Assembly (NCBI GenBank): GCA_965602015.1 | Contig: OZ271918.1 | Location: forward strand, 3,200,001-3,264,000 | Length of the DNA stretch: 64,000 nucleotides | DNA from: Salinispira sp. | GTDB taxonomy: Bacteria > Spirochaetota > Spirochaetia > DSM-27196 > Salinispiraceae | Direction: 5' to 3' | Shown: piece by piece, positions 9,023 to 18,597 of the stretch | Layout of the letters: the number at the start of each line of letters is the position of its first letter | How positions within the stretch are numbered: position 1 is the stretch's first letter | Translations under genes and position numbers: made by a program | The notes under the pieces: model-generated | Seen by the model: the letters and a program-made list of their open reading frames with translations, nothing else | Database searches by the model: none | Told to the model about the DNA's origin: nothing

Positions 9023-10003
9023 ATGAGTACCATGAAAGACATAGCGAAATTGGCAGGAGTCGGTCTCGGCACGGTATCCCGTGTCGTCAACGGCACCGGC
9101 CCGGTGAGCGAGGCTACCCGGGAACGGGTTCAGGCGGCCCTTGAGCAAATGCACTACCGGCCGAACAGGATTGCCCGCAAGCTGGTGTCAGGGAAGGCCG
9201 GACGGGGATTCTACGGCGTCCTGATGCCCCTGTTTATTCATCCCTTTTATTTCTACGTCCTGCGGGGAATCAACCGCTTCGTTGAAGAACAGGATATGAA
9301 CCTCATTCTTTTTAACCGGGGCACCCATCCGGAGGAGGCCATTTCCTATTTGCTGCAAGAGGATATTCTCGGTCTGATGGTGATGAGCCACAATCTCAGC
9401 AGGCAGGAGGAGTCCCTCCTGCGGAGCGAGAAACTCGATTTCTGTTATTTGGATTATCACGGCGAACGAAGCCAGGGCGTGTGGATAGATAATTATCTCG
9501 GCGGTGCCGCCGCTGCCGAGTACTTTCTTTCGGGTTCATGCAAAAACATCGCCTTCGTGGGCGATTTGGGCAACTCGCAACAGCAGATTGAGCGCTACAA
9601 CGGCTTTGAGGACACCCTTGAGGCCCGGGGCTGCGGCGTGGCTTTGAGAAAACTTGTTCCCAATCAACCGGCAAGCCTGGAAGCTGTCGAGGAAATTCTC
9701 AGGGAGCGTCCGGAAATCGACGGATTTTTCTTTTTTTCCGACACCCACGCCCTCGAAGCCCTCCCGGCCCTAGCGAAGGCTCCCACCCGCCCCCTGGTAT
9801 GCGGCTACGACAACCTTGATTTCACCAGGTTCCTGGGACTGACCACCGTGCATCAGCCCAAGGAGGAAATGGGATATCAGGGGGCAAGAATGCTTCACCG
9901 AATCATCCACGAACATATTTCCCCTGAAGAGCGCGAGATCGTGCTCAAACCGCATCTGGTAACCCGGGGGCCCCTGGCCCTGAACCATTTTACAGAGGAG
10001 TGA
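9023..10003 (+). CDS. LacI family transcriptional regulator
   Basis: TMKDIAKLAGVGLGTVSRVVN HTH, YRPNRIARKL hinge, 'GYDN...LTTVHQP'. Confidence 0.95.
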   Translation: MSTMKDIAKLAGVGLGTVSRVVNGTGPVSEATRERVQAALEQMHYRPNRIARKLVSGKAGRGFYGVLMPLFIHPFYFYVLRGINRFVEEQDMNLILFNRGTHPEEAISYLLQEDILGLMVMSHNLSRQEESLLRSEKLDFCYLDYHGERSQGVWIDNYLGGAAAAEYFLSGSCKNIAFVGDLGNSQQQIERYNGFEDTLEARGCGVALRKLVPNQPASLEAVEEILRERPEIDGFFFFSDTHALEALPALAKAPTRPLVCGYDNLDFTRFLGLTTVHQPKEEMGYQGARMLHRIIHEHISPEEREIVLKPHLVTRGPLALNHFTEE

Positions 10004-10009
10004 TTCCCC

Positions 10010-12289
10010 ATGATCCGTCCCAAACTACGCGGGAGAGCCGGCGCTCTCTCCATACTCTCCGTATTGATCGTCAGCGCAGCCCTTGCCTCATGCAGCAGTC
10101 CCCCGCCTCCCCCGCCGGCTCCCAGAGCCCCGCGGATTCAAAGGGAGTATCCGGTGAATGAGCCCTGGACTGTGGAGGCCGACCGGGTAGTGCAGGGTGA
10201 CAAAGTAGCCCGGGTTACCGCCGAGGGCGGCATTGAAAGCAGCTACGGCAACAGGATAAAAACCTGGAATCTCTCGGAGGATATTTCGGGGTTGCCGCGA
10301 TTCAGCGCACCAGGGTCGCCGATGCTCGAACTCCTGTACCGCATGGCCCTGGAAGAAGCTCTCCAGGGTATCCGCAGCGACGGGGCGTTTATGGCGGGAC
10401 GGAAATGGACCGGAGTCTGGACCCGGGATATCAGTTACTCTATCCACCTTGGGCTGGCTCATATACTGCCGGAGAACAGCCGTCTCAGCCTGATGGCGAA
10501 AGTCAATGATTTCGGCGAGATCATTCAAGACACCGGAACCGGTGGTTCCTGGCCGATTTCCACGGACCGCATCGTGTGGGCCATTGCCGCCTGGGAACTG
10601 TATCTGGCCCATGCGGATGACAGCTGGCTTGAAGAGGCCATGAGCATCCTTGGAGAAACCCTGAGGCGGGACATGGCTAACGCCGTCGACCCCAACACTG
10701 GTCTGCTGTTCGGCGAAACCTCGTTCCTGGACTGGAGGGAGCAGAGTTACCCCAAGTGGATGGAGCCCAAAGACATTTTCGAGAGCAAGGCCTTCTCAAC
10801 CAATCTCCTGTTCGCCAAGGCCCTGGAAATATACGGAAGAATGAATGCCCTGGCAGGGGATGAGGAAACCGCCGGGGAGTACCTCGGCCGGGCCGCCGAT
10901 CACTACGATATCATCGCCGCTGCCTTCCCCCTGGAGAACGGACTGTACAGCATGTACCTCTACCCGCCGATCCAGGGCAGCCTTCCGTCAGACAAAACCG
11001 GTACACTCAGCAATTCCCTTGCGGTGCTGTTCTCCGCCGACGACGAATCACCGGCTGCCCCCCTGTGGACCGGAGAAATCAGCGCCCGCTTGCCGGCGGT
11101 TCCCTTCGGCATTCCGGTATTCGAACCTCAGCAGCCCAGAATACCGCCTTACCACAATGCGGGGATTTGGCCCTTCGTTGAGGCCTACTATGGTTTGGCC
11201 GCTGCCGCCGAGGGAAACACCGAAGCATTCGAGTTCGCCTACCGGGCCATGAGCCGGAGCGCGGCCCTCTTTCTCAGCCATATGGAAAACATGGTGTACG
11301 ACAACGGCCACTCATCAGGAACCCAGATCAATTCGGAGCGGCAGCTCTGGTCGGTGGCCGGATACCTGTCCATGGTCTACAAGGGCCTGTTCGGCATCCG
11401 CCTCGAAGAGGGCGGGCTATACCTCGAGCCCACGGTGCCCGACATGTTCCCCGGTGGCGAAATCCGTCTGGAAAACTATCGCCTGAGGGGCAGCGAGATT
11501 GCAATAAGCATCAGCGGTTACGGAAACTCCGTTGCCGAGATGACGGTCAACGGGCAACAGACCTTCCCCGGCGAGCTTATAAGCCTGAACGGTGAACCCC
11601 TGGACATCAGCATCATTATGGAATCCGCCGGGGAAACCGGCAGCGTAAACATGATAGCCACGGGAATCGAAGCGCCCCACGAGCCCCAAATTACCGAAGC
11701 TGAAGACGGCACATACTCGTTTCGCAACCTCACCGCCGGTGTAAATAGCCAAGTCTGGAACGGCGAAGCCTTTTCCCCCGCAGCCGAAGGAGTAGTCGAG
11801 CCAAGGCGGGGGGAAATTCTCAGCGTCAGCGCTTCCGCCCCGGCACCGGACGGGCGGACGATCCGCTCGAACCTCAGCCGCTGGCTCTACGATAGGAGCT
11901 CCGCCGTTATCGTTCCGGCTTCGGCGACGGAAAGCTATGTGAAGCTCATCGCCGACGAAGACCAGGTAACAGCATTCAGCGCCGAGCTTCCAGAGCCGGG
12001 ACGGTACTACGTGATTTTCGAATACGCCAACGGCAACGGACCGATCAATACCGATAACAAAACCGCTATTCGCAGCCTGTATGTTAACGGCAGCCCGGCG
12101 GCGACCATCGTTTTGCCCCAACGGGGCACCGAGAGCTGGGGAGATTACGGTTTGTCTTCAGGCGTCATCCTCGACCTGGATTCCCGCATCGCGGAGTTTG
12201 AACTACGTTATCTTGCGGACAACCGTAACATGAATGCGAACGTAAACGAGGCCCGGGTCAGGAATCTCGTACTCATCCCGCTTCAATAG
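10010..12289 (+). CDS. Lipoprotein (alpha/alpha)6 glycoside hydrolase (debranching/MGH1-like) with C-terminal CBM6/35-like module
   Basis: Lipobox LASC with Pro linker; 'WTRD', 'YHNAGIWPF', 'QLWS'; C-terminal 'FEYANG..RSLYVNG' beta-sandwich. Confidence 0.7.
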   Translation: MIRPKLRGRAGALSILSVLIVSAALASCSSPPPPPPAPRAPRIQREYPVNEPWTVEADRVVQGDKVARVTAEGGIESSYGNRIKTWNLSEDISGLPRFSAPGSPMLELLYRMALEEALQGIRSDGAFMAGRKWTGVWTRDISYSIHLGLAHILPENSRLSLMAKVNDFGEIIQDTGTGGSWPISTDRIVWAIAAWELYLAHADDSWLEEAMSILGETLRRDMANAVDPNTGLLFGETSFLDWREQSYPKWMEPKDIFESKAFSTNLLFAKALEIYGRMNALAGDEETAGEYLGRAADHYDIIAAAFPLENGLYSMYLYPPIQGSLPSDKTGTLSNSLAVLFSADDESPAAPLWTGEISARLPAVPFGIPVFEPQQPRIPPYHNAGIWPFVEAYYGLAAAAEGNTEAFEFAYRAMSRSAALFLSHMENMVYDNGHSSGTQINSERQLWSVAGYLSMVYKGLFGIRLEEGGLYLEPTVPDMFPGGEIRLENYRLRGSEIAISISGYGNSVAEMTVNGQQTFPGELISLNGEPLDISIIMESAGETGSVNMIATGIEAPHEPQITEAEDGTYSFRNLTAGVNSQVWNGEAFSPAAEGVVEPRRGEILSVSASAPAPDGRTIRSNLSRWLYDRSSAVIVPASATESYVKLIADEDQVTAFSAELPEPGRYYVIFEYANGNGPINTDNKTAIRSLYVNGSPAATIVLPQRGTESWGDYGLSSGVILDLDSRIAEFELRYLADNRNMNANVNEARVRNLVLIPLQ

Positions 12290-12334
12290 CGACCGAAAAA
12301 AGAACTGCCTGCCGATGGAAAATGAGTTGAGTAG

Positions 12335-12373
12335 AAAAAGGCTGCCTGAGAACGTTCTCAGGCAGCCTATTTT
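12335..12373. terminator. Bidirectional terminator-like 30-bp perfect palindrome
   Basis: AAAA-AGGCTGCCTGAGAACGTTCTCAGGCAGCCT-ATTTT between convergent genes. Confidence 0.65.
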
Positions 12374-12426
12374 CGGTAGCACGTCAATGTTCAACCTATG
12401 AACTGTCGGAATCTTCCCCGATCAGC

Positions 12427-14076
12427 TTAATTAGTCGCAACACTAAGGGTTTGTAACGAACCGGCCTCAAAAGCGACTACCATGATGATTAGGTAGTTGT
12501 AGGCGATACCGTCGAGATTCGTTATGCTCTCGGCAGTTGTACCTCCGTTCGTCGACGCCGTAATAAACGTATCGTCAAGATCGAGGAATTGATCCGAGCT
12601 TCCGTATATCTCCAGATCGAAATTACCGTCGAACATGCTCAGGTCGATGTCGAAGAAGCTCATAATCGGATCAACCGGCACAGACCATGCGTAGAAGGTG
12701 CGTTCGACTCGGAAAAAATCATTGGCTGTAAAGTTGATCGTTCCTCCCCCCATCCCGATACCATAGTCGATGTTGTTCGACAAAATGGTAGCATAGCTTC
12801 CAGCGGGAGCTTCAGTAAGACTGAGGGTGAAGTTACTCACCGGATCCCATCCGATGACTTCGACGATGAGATAATCAAACAAATGATTTGAAGTGACTGT
12901 AATGGCATCATCTCCGGCCGCGGCGCTTGAATACATAAATACATCCAATCCGGCATCAAAAAACTGGTCATCACTGCCATAAACCGCCAAATCGGCATCA
13001 CCGGATGTCATCGCTAAACTGATGTCATAACCATAGTAAACAGTGGACGCAATATAGAAATACTGGGTTTCGCTGTCGGTGATGGTACCCGATTGACTCG
13101 AGAAAGTAGTGAGTTCGTTGTCAATAACCAATACCACTACGGTGGCGCTGTCCGATACGCTTCCGTCGCTAACAGTGAGCGTGAAAATATAGTTTCCGAG
13201 TTCACTAAGGGTGAATGATGCCAGGGCGTCAACGGCATTCGAGATTTGCGCGCTGATATCGATTCCACTGGGAGACAAACCGGTCCAGTTGTAGCTGAGG
13301 GGGTCGGTGTCGGGATCGAAGCTTGCGGTTCCGTCCAATATAATTGTCTGTCCGATATTCGAGGAGAAATCCGGACCCGCATCGGCGACGGGAGGAGTAT
13401 TCACACCTCCGGTATCGGTGACAGTCACCGTCACCGTATCGCTGGCAAGGTCTGTCCCGTCATCAACCGTCAGGGTGAAGACATAGTCGCCTACAAGGCT
13501 CACGGTAAATGCCGCAATTTCGGTAGCAGCATTGCTGATCTGGGTGCCGATATCGATACCTCCCGGGGCTGTACCGGTCCATTGGAAGGTCAGGATATCG
13601 CCGTCGGCATCGAAGCTGTTGCTTCCGTCAAGGGTAATGCTTTCTCCGACAGTTGCGGAAAAGTCGGCCCCCGCATCGGCAACCGGAACACTGTTGCCCC
13701 CGGTTCCGCCGCCGGTGACGGTAACGTTGACAGTATCGGTATCTTCGTCAAGGCCGTCGTCCACGGTAATAATAAAACTGTATGTCCCGGACTTTGTCAG
13801 GGTGATGGTTGCTTCTTCATTGAGACGGTTGCTTATATCGGCAGTGACGTCATCACCGTCGGGATCGGTTCCGTTCCAGCGGAATGTGAGCCTGTCTCCG
13901 TCGTTATCATAGCTTCTCGAACCGTCGAGAGTGACGGTCTGCCCGACTGTTGCCGCAAAGTCAGTTCCCGCATCGGCAACCGGCGCTTCATTGTCGACAA
14001 TGAAGCCCAGAAAGTCACAGGAGCCGATGGCAAGGACGACTATTGCAAGGATAAATATTTTTAAAATATTTTTCAT
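12427..14076 (-). CDS. Acidic lipoprotein with three PKD/REJ-like repeats and two PPC-like C-terminal domains
   Basis: Start MKNILKIF (GAGGTG RBS), lipobox IGSC; 3x 'PVADAGxDF...LDG..S.D.D.D.L...W'; 2x 'G.(A/F)DL.(V/I)YGS.DQF'. Confidence 0.8.
   Translation of the reverse strand: MKNILKIFILAIVVLAIGSCDFLGFIVDNEAPVADAGTDFAATVGQTVTLDGSRSYDNDGDRLTFRWNGTDPDGDDVTADISNRLNEEATITLTKSGTYSFIITVDDGLDEDTDTVNVTVTGGGTGGNSVPVADAGADFSATVGESITLDGSNSFDADGDILTFQWTGTAPGGIDIGTQISNAATEIAAFTVSLVGDYVFTLTVDDGTDLASDTVTVTVTDTGGVNTPPVADAGPDFSSNIGQTIILDGTASFDPDTDPLSYNWTGLSPSGIDISAQISNAVDALASFTLSELGNYIFTLTVSDGSVSDSATVVVLVIDNELTTFSSQSGTITDSETQYFYIASTVYYGYDISLAMTSGDADLAVYGSDDQFFDAGLDVFMYSSAAAGDDAITVTSNHLFDYLIVEVIGWDPVSNFTLSLTEAPAGSYATILSNNIDYGIGMGGGTINFTANDFFRVERTFYAWSVPVDPIMSFFDIDLSMFDGNFDLEIYGSSDQFLDLDDTFITASTNGGTTAESITNLDGIAYNYLIIMVVAFEAGSLQTLSVATN
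13120..13992 (-). repeat. Three tandem ~98-codon PKD-like intragenic repeats
   Basis: APVADAGTDF / VPVADAGADF / PPVADAGPDF repeats in the protein; DNA 'ccgcatcggc' recurs at each unit; boundaries approximate. Confidence 0.8.
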
Positions 14077-14235
14077 ATGCACCTCGTAAAGGATTGGATA
14101 TATCAATAGTATAGCGCACAAAAACTGCAGATGACCCTTGCCCGCGATTTTTATTTTAAAAAAATAACACAATTAATGTTGAGTATTTATGTCATAATTA
14201 ATATTTGCTATTTTTAAAACGATATATCCAATTTA

Positions 14236-14264
14236 TTGATTTACCCCCTTCTCCATGATAGTAT
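14236..14264 (+). promoter_or_regulatory. Sigma70 promoter in an AT-rich divergent intergenic region
   Basis: TTGATT-N17-TAGTAT with TGn extended -10. Confidence 0.55.
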
Positions 14265-14307
14265 GTACCATACCAGACCCCTATCCCATCATATTAGGAG
14301 CCCAAAT

Positions 14308-16311
14308 ATGAAACCACGAAAAGCAGCGCTTGTGCGCTCAATCGCGATCGTAGCGGTGATTGCAGTATCACTGGTATCCTGCGATTTCATCGGCGGAGAT
14401 CCGCCGGCGGATGTCACCATTGAAGAGCAGCTCGAAATAGCCCGTGAATTTCTCGACGCACAGGATTTCGATGCGGCCTACGAGGCATACAGCCAGGCAA
14501 TTCTCATCGACCCCACCAGCAGCGAGGCCCTCATGGGCTATGCGGTGCTCGAGCTTGGGTCAATCTCCACCGATCCGGCAGTTCGCACTGTCGCTGGTCA
14601 AAACATGGGCATCGTCGGATACCCGGACAATATGAACGATGTGTTTACCCTGGCGTTTATGGACGAGTTCATCCGCGAGTACACATACTGGGACGGAACC
14701 CAGGACGTAACGGAGACCTACACCACCTACGCACCGGTAATTGTCGGAATGGAAGCCTTCGACGGTGTTTTTGAAGTAGACGGAGTAGGCGACGGTGTAA
14801 TCGACCCCGATGAACGGGCAATCGCCATGCTTTCCTATTTCGCTGCAAACAATAGCGGATTCAACAGCATCGCCCAAACCCTGAATCCCATGCTCGAAGC
14901 CCGCATCGCCAATGCAATCAGCGCAATCTCCGCCCTGCCGGAAGACTCGAGTTTCGAATTCACCTGGAATATGTTCGTCGATACCCAGGACGAATGGGGC
15001 TACAACGATGTGAACGACAGTCCCCTTCCGGTGGTAATCGGCAAGGCCGAACTCCAGGTTCTTCTGAGCGGACTGCATTTCTTTAACGGCAACCTGAATC
15101 TGCTGCAGATGTACAACTTCGACGTTCCTTCTCTGCAGGCCTACTACGATTTTTTCAACCCCATTGACGGTAGCTTCGACCTGGCCGACATGCCGGCCAA
15201 CCCGCTTCTGACCTTCGGAACCCTCAACACCGACGCAGAGGCCCACAGAACAGCCGCCCGTCAGTCGTACATCGATTCGACCCTCTCCGCCATGGCTTTT
15301 ATTGACGGTGTACTCACCGACCGCGCCGGGTTCACCCTCTCTTCCGACGGCGCATACGACGGGGTAAACGGTCCTCTGTGGTCTGATATTACGGTAGAGA
15401 TGACATTTGCGAAAAACATCATCCAGGAGTTCCACGACTCATTCTCGAACGGAAGCACCGCCTATCTCCCCGTCGGTGCGGGCAGCGATGAATATGCAGC
15501 GTACAACGCCGCATGGCCCACTGCTGTGGAATTCGATGTTGACGGCCTCCCCATCGTCGTGGCAGCAAATCCGGGAGCATTTTTTACCGCCGGTCCCTAT
15601 GCGCTTCTGAACTTTGTCGACCACAACGATCTCAATCCGGTATTTTATGAGATCGACGGGGCAGGAATGGTTGAAGTCAGTGCGGTGCCCGACCTGAGCA
15701 GCGGAGTTTTTCCGGACTACGCCATAAAAATCCCCGGTTCGGTTATCAACAATTTCGCACCGACTGAGAACTATGTGTACGATGATCCTACAGACCCCGA
15801 TCATGCCGTTGTCGACTATTGGTTTAACTATTCAGATATGGATGGCGACTTCTACTGGGATGAAGGTGAAATGATCCACAACCTTGAGTTGTACCGAAAT
15901 TATCCCAAAGGCCTGATAAACATCAATCTTCTTGAAAGCGGTTACGGCTCGGACCCCATCACCTTTTTTAGCAACCAGTATCCCGACATCTATGCAGTCC
16001 CCGATGCCATTATCGAAGACATCATTTTCTGGGAAGTGGACAGCCTGACAGACGCCGGAGCCGACGGTTCGGTGGTCGATGATTTCCGGGATGCAGTGGC
16101 TGCGGACTTCGCCTTCTGGTCGTCCTCATACTCAGGCAGTGCAACGATTGCCGATCCGGCAACAGGCGACATCTACCTGCTCTTTAAAGGTGCGCTGGCA
16201 CAACTGGCCGCCCTCACCCTGGCAACCGAAGGAACCGTAGTGAACATCGACGGCACGGATTACACTGCCACCGGCGATTTTTGGGAAGCATTTTTTGTTC
16301 TAAACTTCTAA
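14308..16311 (+). CDS. Large acidic lipoprotein with N-terminal TPR-like helices, function unknown
   Basis: AGGAG RBS, start MKPRKAALV, lipobox LVSC; 'AREFLDAQDFDAAYEAYSQAILIDPTSSEALMGYA'; Asp-rich loops. Confidence 0.75.
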   Translation: MKPRKAALVRSIAIVAVIAVSLVSCDFIGGDPPADVTIEEQLEIAREFLDAQDFDAAYEAYSQAILIDPTSSEALMGYAVLELGSISTDPAVRTVAGQNMGIVGYPDNMNDVFTLAFMDEFIREYTYWDGTQDVTETYTTYAPVIVGMEAFDGVFEVDGVGDGVIDPDERAIAMLSYFAANNSGFNSIAQTLNPMLEARIANAISAISALPEDSSFEFTWNMFVDTQDEWGYNDVNDSPLPVVIGKAELQVLLSGLHFFNGNLNLLQMYNFDVPSLQAYYDFFNPIDGSFDLADMPANPLLTFGTLNTDAEAHRTAARQSYIDSTLSAMAFIDGVLTDRAGFTLSSDGAYDGVNGPLWSDITVEMTFAKNIIQEFHDSFSNGSTAYLPVGAGSDEYAAYNAAWPTAVEFDVDGLPIVVAANPGAFFTAGPYALLNFVDHNDLNPVFYEIDGAGMVEVSAVPDLSSGVFPDYAIKIPGSVINNFAPTENYVYDDPTDPDHAVVDYWFNYSDMDGDFYWDEGEMIHNLELYRNYPKGLININLLESGYGSDPITFFSNQYPDIYAVPDAIIEDIIFWEVDSLTDAGADGSVVDDFRDAVAADFAFWSSSYSGSATIADPATGDIYLLFKGALAQLAALTLATEGTVVNIDGTDYTATGDFWEAFFVLNF

Positions 16312-16334
16312 AATTCCCGCGCAAGTGCCATATT

Positions 16335-16371
16335 CGGCAGGGCTGCACACATGCAGCCCTGCCGTTTTTTT
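16335..16371 (+). terminator. Strong intrinsic terminator between the lipoprotein and MMPL genes
   Basis: CGGCAGGGCTGCA-CACA-TGCAGCCCTGCCG-TTTTTTT. Confidence 0.85.
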
Positions 16372-16398
16372 CTCCCTGGGGTAGAATAGAAAAATACC

Positions 16399-18597
16399 AT
16401 GAATATTTTCCGCCGTTTTGCGGCGATAGCTGATACATATAACCGGCGTACCGGCGCCTGGGGCAGCATCCCCTTTTTCCTCCTCACCATCGCGGCCATA
16501 TTTTTTGTGCCCGAAATCGGGGTCGGTTCAAAACTTTCGGCATACGAGCCGGACAGCGCCGAGTATCTCGAACTGCGCAGTCTGCTTGGCAATCCAACGG
16601 TTGAAGACAGCTCGCTGGTGATTTTTTTCCCCGAGGACCTATTTTCGCCGGACAGCGAGCAGCGGCTAAAAGAGCTCAGTATCAACATAAAAGAAGCGCC
16701 CGGGGTAAACGATGTCTTTTCCCCAGTCGATTTATCCGGAGAGTCAACGTCACCGGGCTGGCTCAAGCGCAGTCTCGAAGGCGACAACCTGGCGCGTCAG
16801 ATTTTTTTATCTCCCGACGGCCGCTCAATCAGCATCTACGTCCACTATGACGACTACCGCCTCACCATACCTGCCGTTGAAGAACTGGTGAACCGGATGG
16901 ATGACGCGGTTTTTTTTGATCAGAATTACTACGGGTCCTACATTCAATCCCGTATCGTGGGGCAACTTCTTCGCTGGCTCGCGCTGGCAACCGCTGTTAT
17001 ACTCGGCGTGCATTACTGGTTTATCCGCAGCCTGCGCCACAGCCTGGCCTTGCTCATTACCGCCGTCATGCCCGCCATGTGGACCCTGGCATTAATTGCC
17101 GTTTTCGTTCCCGTGGCGACCCTCGAGCTGATTCTGGTTCCCCTTGAGGTGTTTATCCTGGCAACCAGTTTCGGTGTACACCTGTATCAGCATAAGCGGG
17201 AGATAAACGCACAAAAAAGCGATGGTGTTTTTAACGTGCAGCTGGTGGTAAGCCTTGCGGCGGGAACCACCCTCGCCGGAGTGCTCTCGCTCAGCTGGTC
17301 TGTTTTTGCAGAAATTCGCACCATTACGTTCTGGTTGGCGGCGGGCATCGGGTTGGCCCTGTTTGCCTCGATATTCGTTCTGCCTTCCCTCCTTTCCCTG
17401 TTTACCAGGAAACCCAACCCGCCCCATCCCGGCCTTGAGAGGTTCATCGATTCGGCATCCCGCCGGGGACGGGCGGCTATTGTCTCCGCGCTCGTTGTGT
17501 TTAGCGTCTTTATTTCACAAATTCCCATGGTGATGGGATACTTCGGTTATGACGATGCATTCGGGCGGATATCTCCCCTGTTCTCTGAAATTTCTGTCTA
17601 CCGAAACAGCTATTCGAACCGTTCCGAGCTGGAGCTGCTCATCGACAGCGGAAGAGAATACGGACTTGTGGATCCCGCCGCCCTGATTGCGGTCAAAGAG
17701 CTTACAGAAAGCCTGGATTCGCTTCCGGAAGTGACCGCGACCATCAGTTATGCCGATGTGGTGGACTGGTACCTGCGCAGCGACGGCGCAGAACCGGGCA
17801 GCCCGGCATTTGAATACAGCGATGTGATAATCGGCGAGAGCCTCGAGCTAAGTAAATCTTCGAGAGCCGGAATCCTGCTGGACAGTCTGATAGACCGATC
17901 ATATCAAAAAGCCCGGGTGCGAATTTTCTACGTTTCGGCCGATGGAAGCCGAAGGTCAATGCTCGTTCTCAATAACTTGGTTGAGCACATCAAGGGCGAG
18001 TTCGCTGCGGAATTTGAAATCGCCAGCGGCATGACTCTCAGACCATCGGGCTGGGGCTATTTACGATCGAGAAGTTATGACTATCAGATAGAGGACCAGA
18101 TCCGCGGGATTCTGCTGTATCTGGCGATTATCAGTCCGCTCCTGCTTATCAGCCTCCGGTCTCTTCGCCTATGGCTTATTTCCCTTGTCCCGGTCATATT
18201 CGCCCTGACGCTGTTTTTCGGGGCCATGGGCCTGCTTGGAATACCGAATAAAAGCATGATGTACCTGATGTCCGCCATTGTTATGGGAGTGAGCATCGAC
18301 GATTCCCTTGTTCTTATGTTGGCGGTCAAATACGGCGCCGGCCCCCCGAGCAATAGAATCCCGAATACCTTAAGGCTTTTTGGACCTTCCATCGTGCAGA
18401 CAACTGTACTACTATGTGCGGGCCTGGGCGTATTGTTCTTCACCGAATACCGTTACCTGGCCGAAGCCTCGTTTCTAACCATTTTTGCTCTGATTGGAGC
18501 CACGCTTGTAACAATCGCGGTTCTGCCGGTCTTGCTGCAGCAATGGCTGACGTCCAAGGAGAAAAGCGAAAATCCCGGGCCGAAGGAAAGTTCATGA
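16399..18597 (+). CDS. MMPL/RND family transporter
   Basis: Two (1 TM + periplasmic + 5 TM) halves; 'LRSLRLWLISLVPV', 'MGVSIDDS', 'GPSIVQTT'. Confidence 0.8.
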   Translation: MNIFRRFAAIADTYNRRTGAWGSIPFFLLTIAAIFFVPEIGVGSKLSAYEPDSAEYLELRSLLGNPTVEDSSLVIFFPEDLFSPDSEQRLKELSINIKEAPGVNDVFSPVDLSGESTSPGWLKRSLEGDNLARQIFLSPDGRSISIYVHYDDYRLTIPAVEELVNRMDDAVFFDQNYYGSYIQSRIVGQLLRWLALATAVILGVHYWFIRSLRHSLALLITAVMPAMWTLALIAVFVPVATLELILVPLEVFILATSFGVHLYQHKREINAQKSDGVFNVQLVVSLAAGTTLAGVLSLSWSVFAEIRTITFWLAAGIGLALFASIFVLPSLLSLFTRKPNPPHPGLERFIDSASRRGRAAIVSALVVFSVFISQIPMVMGYFGYDDAFGRISPLFSEISVYRNSYSNRSELELLIDSGREYGLVDPAALIAVKELTESLDSLPEVTATISYADVVDWYLRSDGAEPGSPAFEYSDVIIGESLELSKSSRAGILLDSLIDRSYQKARVRIFYVSADGSRRSMLVLNNLVEHIKGEFAAEFEIASGMTLRPSGWGYLRSRSYDYQIEDQIRGILLYLAIISPLLLISLRSLRLWLISLVPVIFALTLFFGAMGLLGIPNKSMMYLMSAIVMGVSIDDSLVLMLAVKYGAGPPSNRIPNTLRLFGPSIVQTTVLLCAGLGVLFFTEYRYLAEASFLTIFALIGATLVTIAVLPVLLQQWLTSKEKSENPGPKESS

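Noticed and set aside
12339..12350. AGGCTGCCTGAG resembles Neisseriaceae DNA-uptake-sequence dialects
   Set aside because: It occurs only in this one palindrome; an uptake sequence should recur many times in 64 kb
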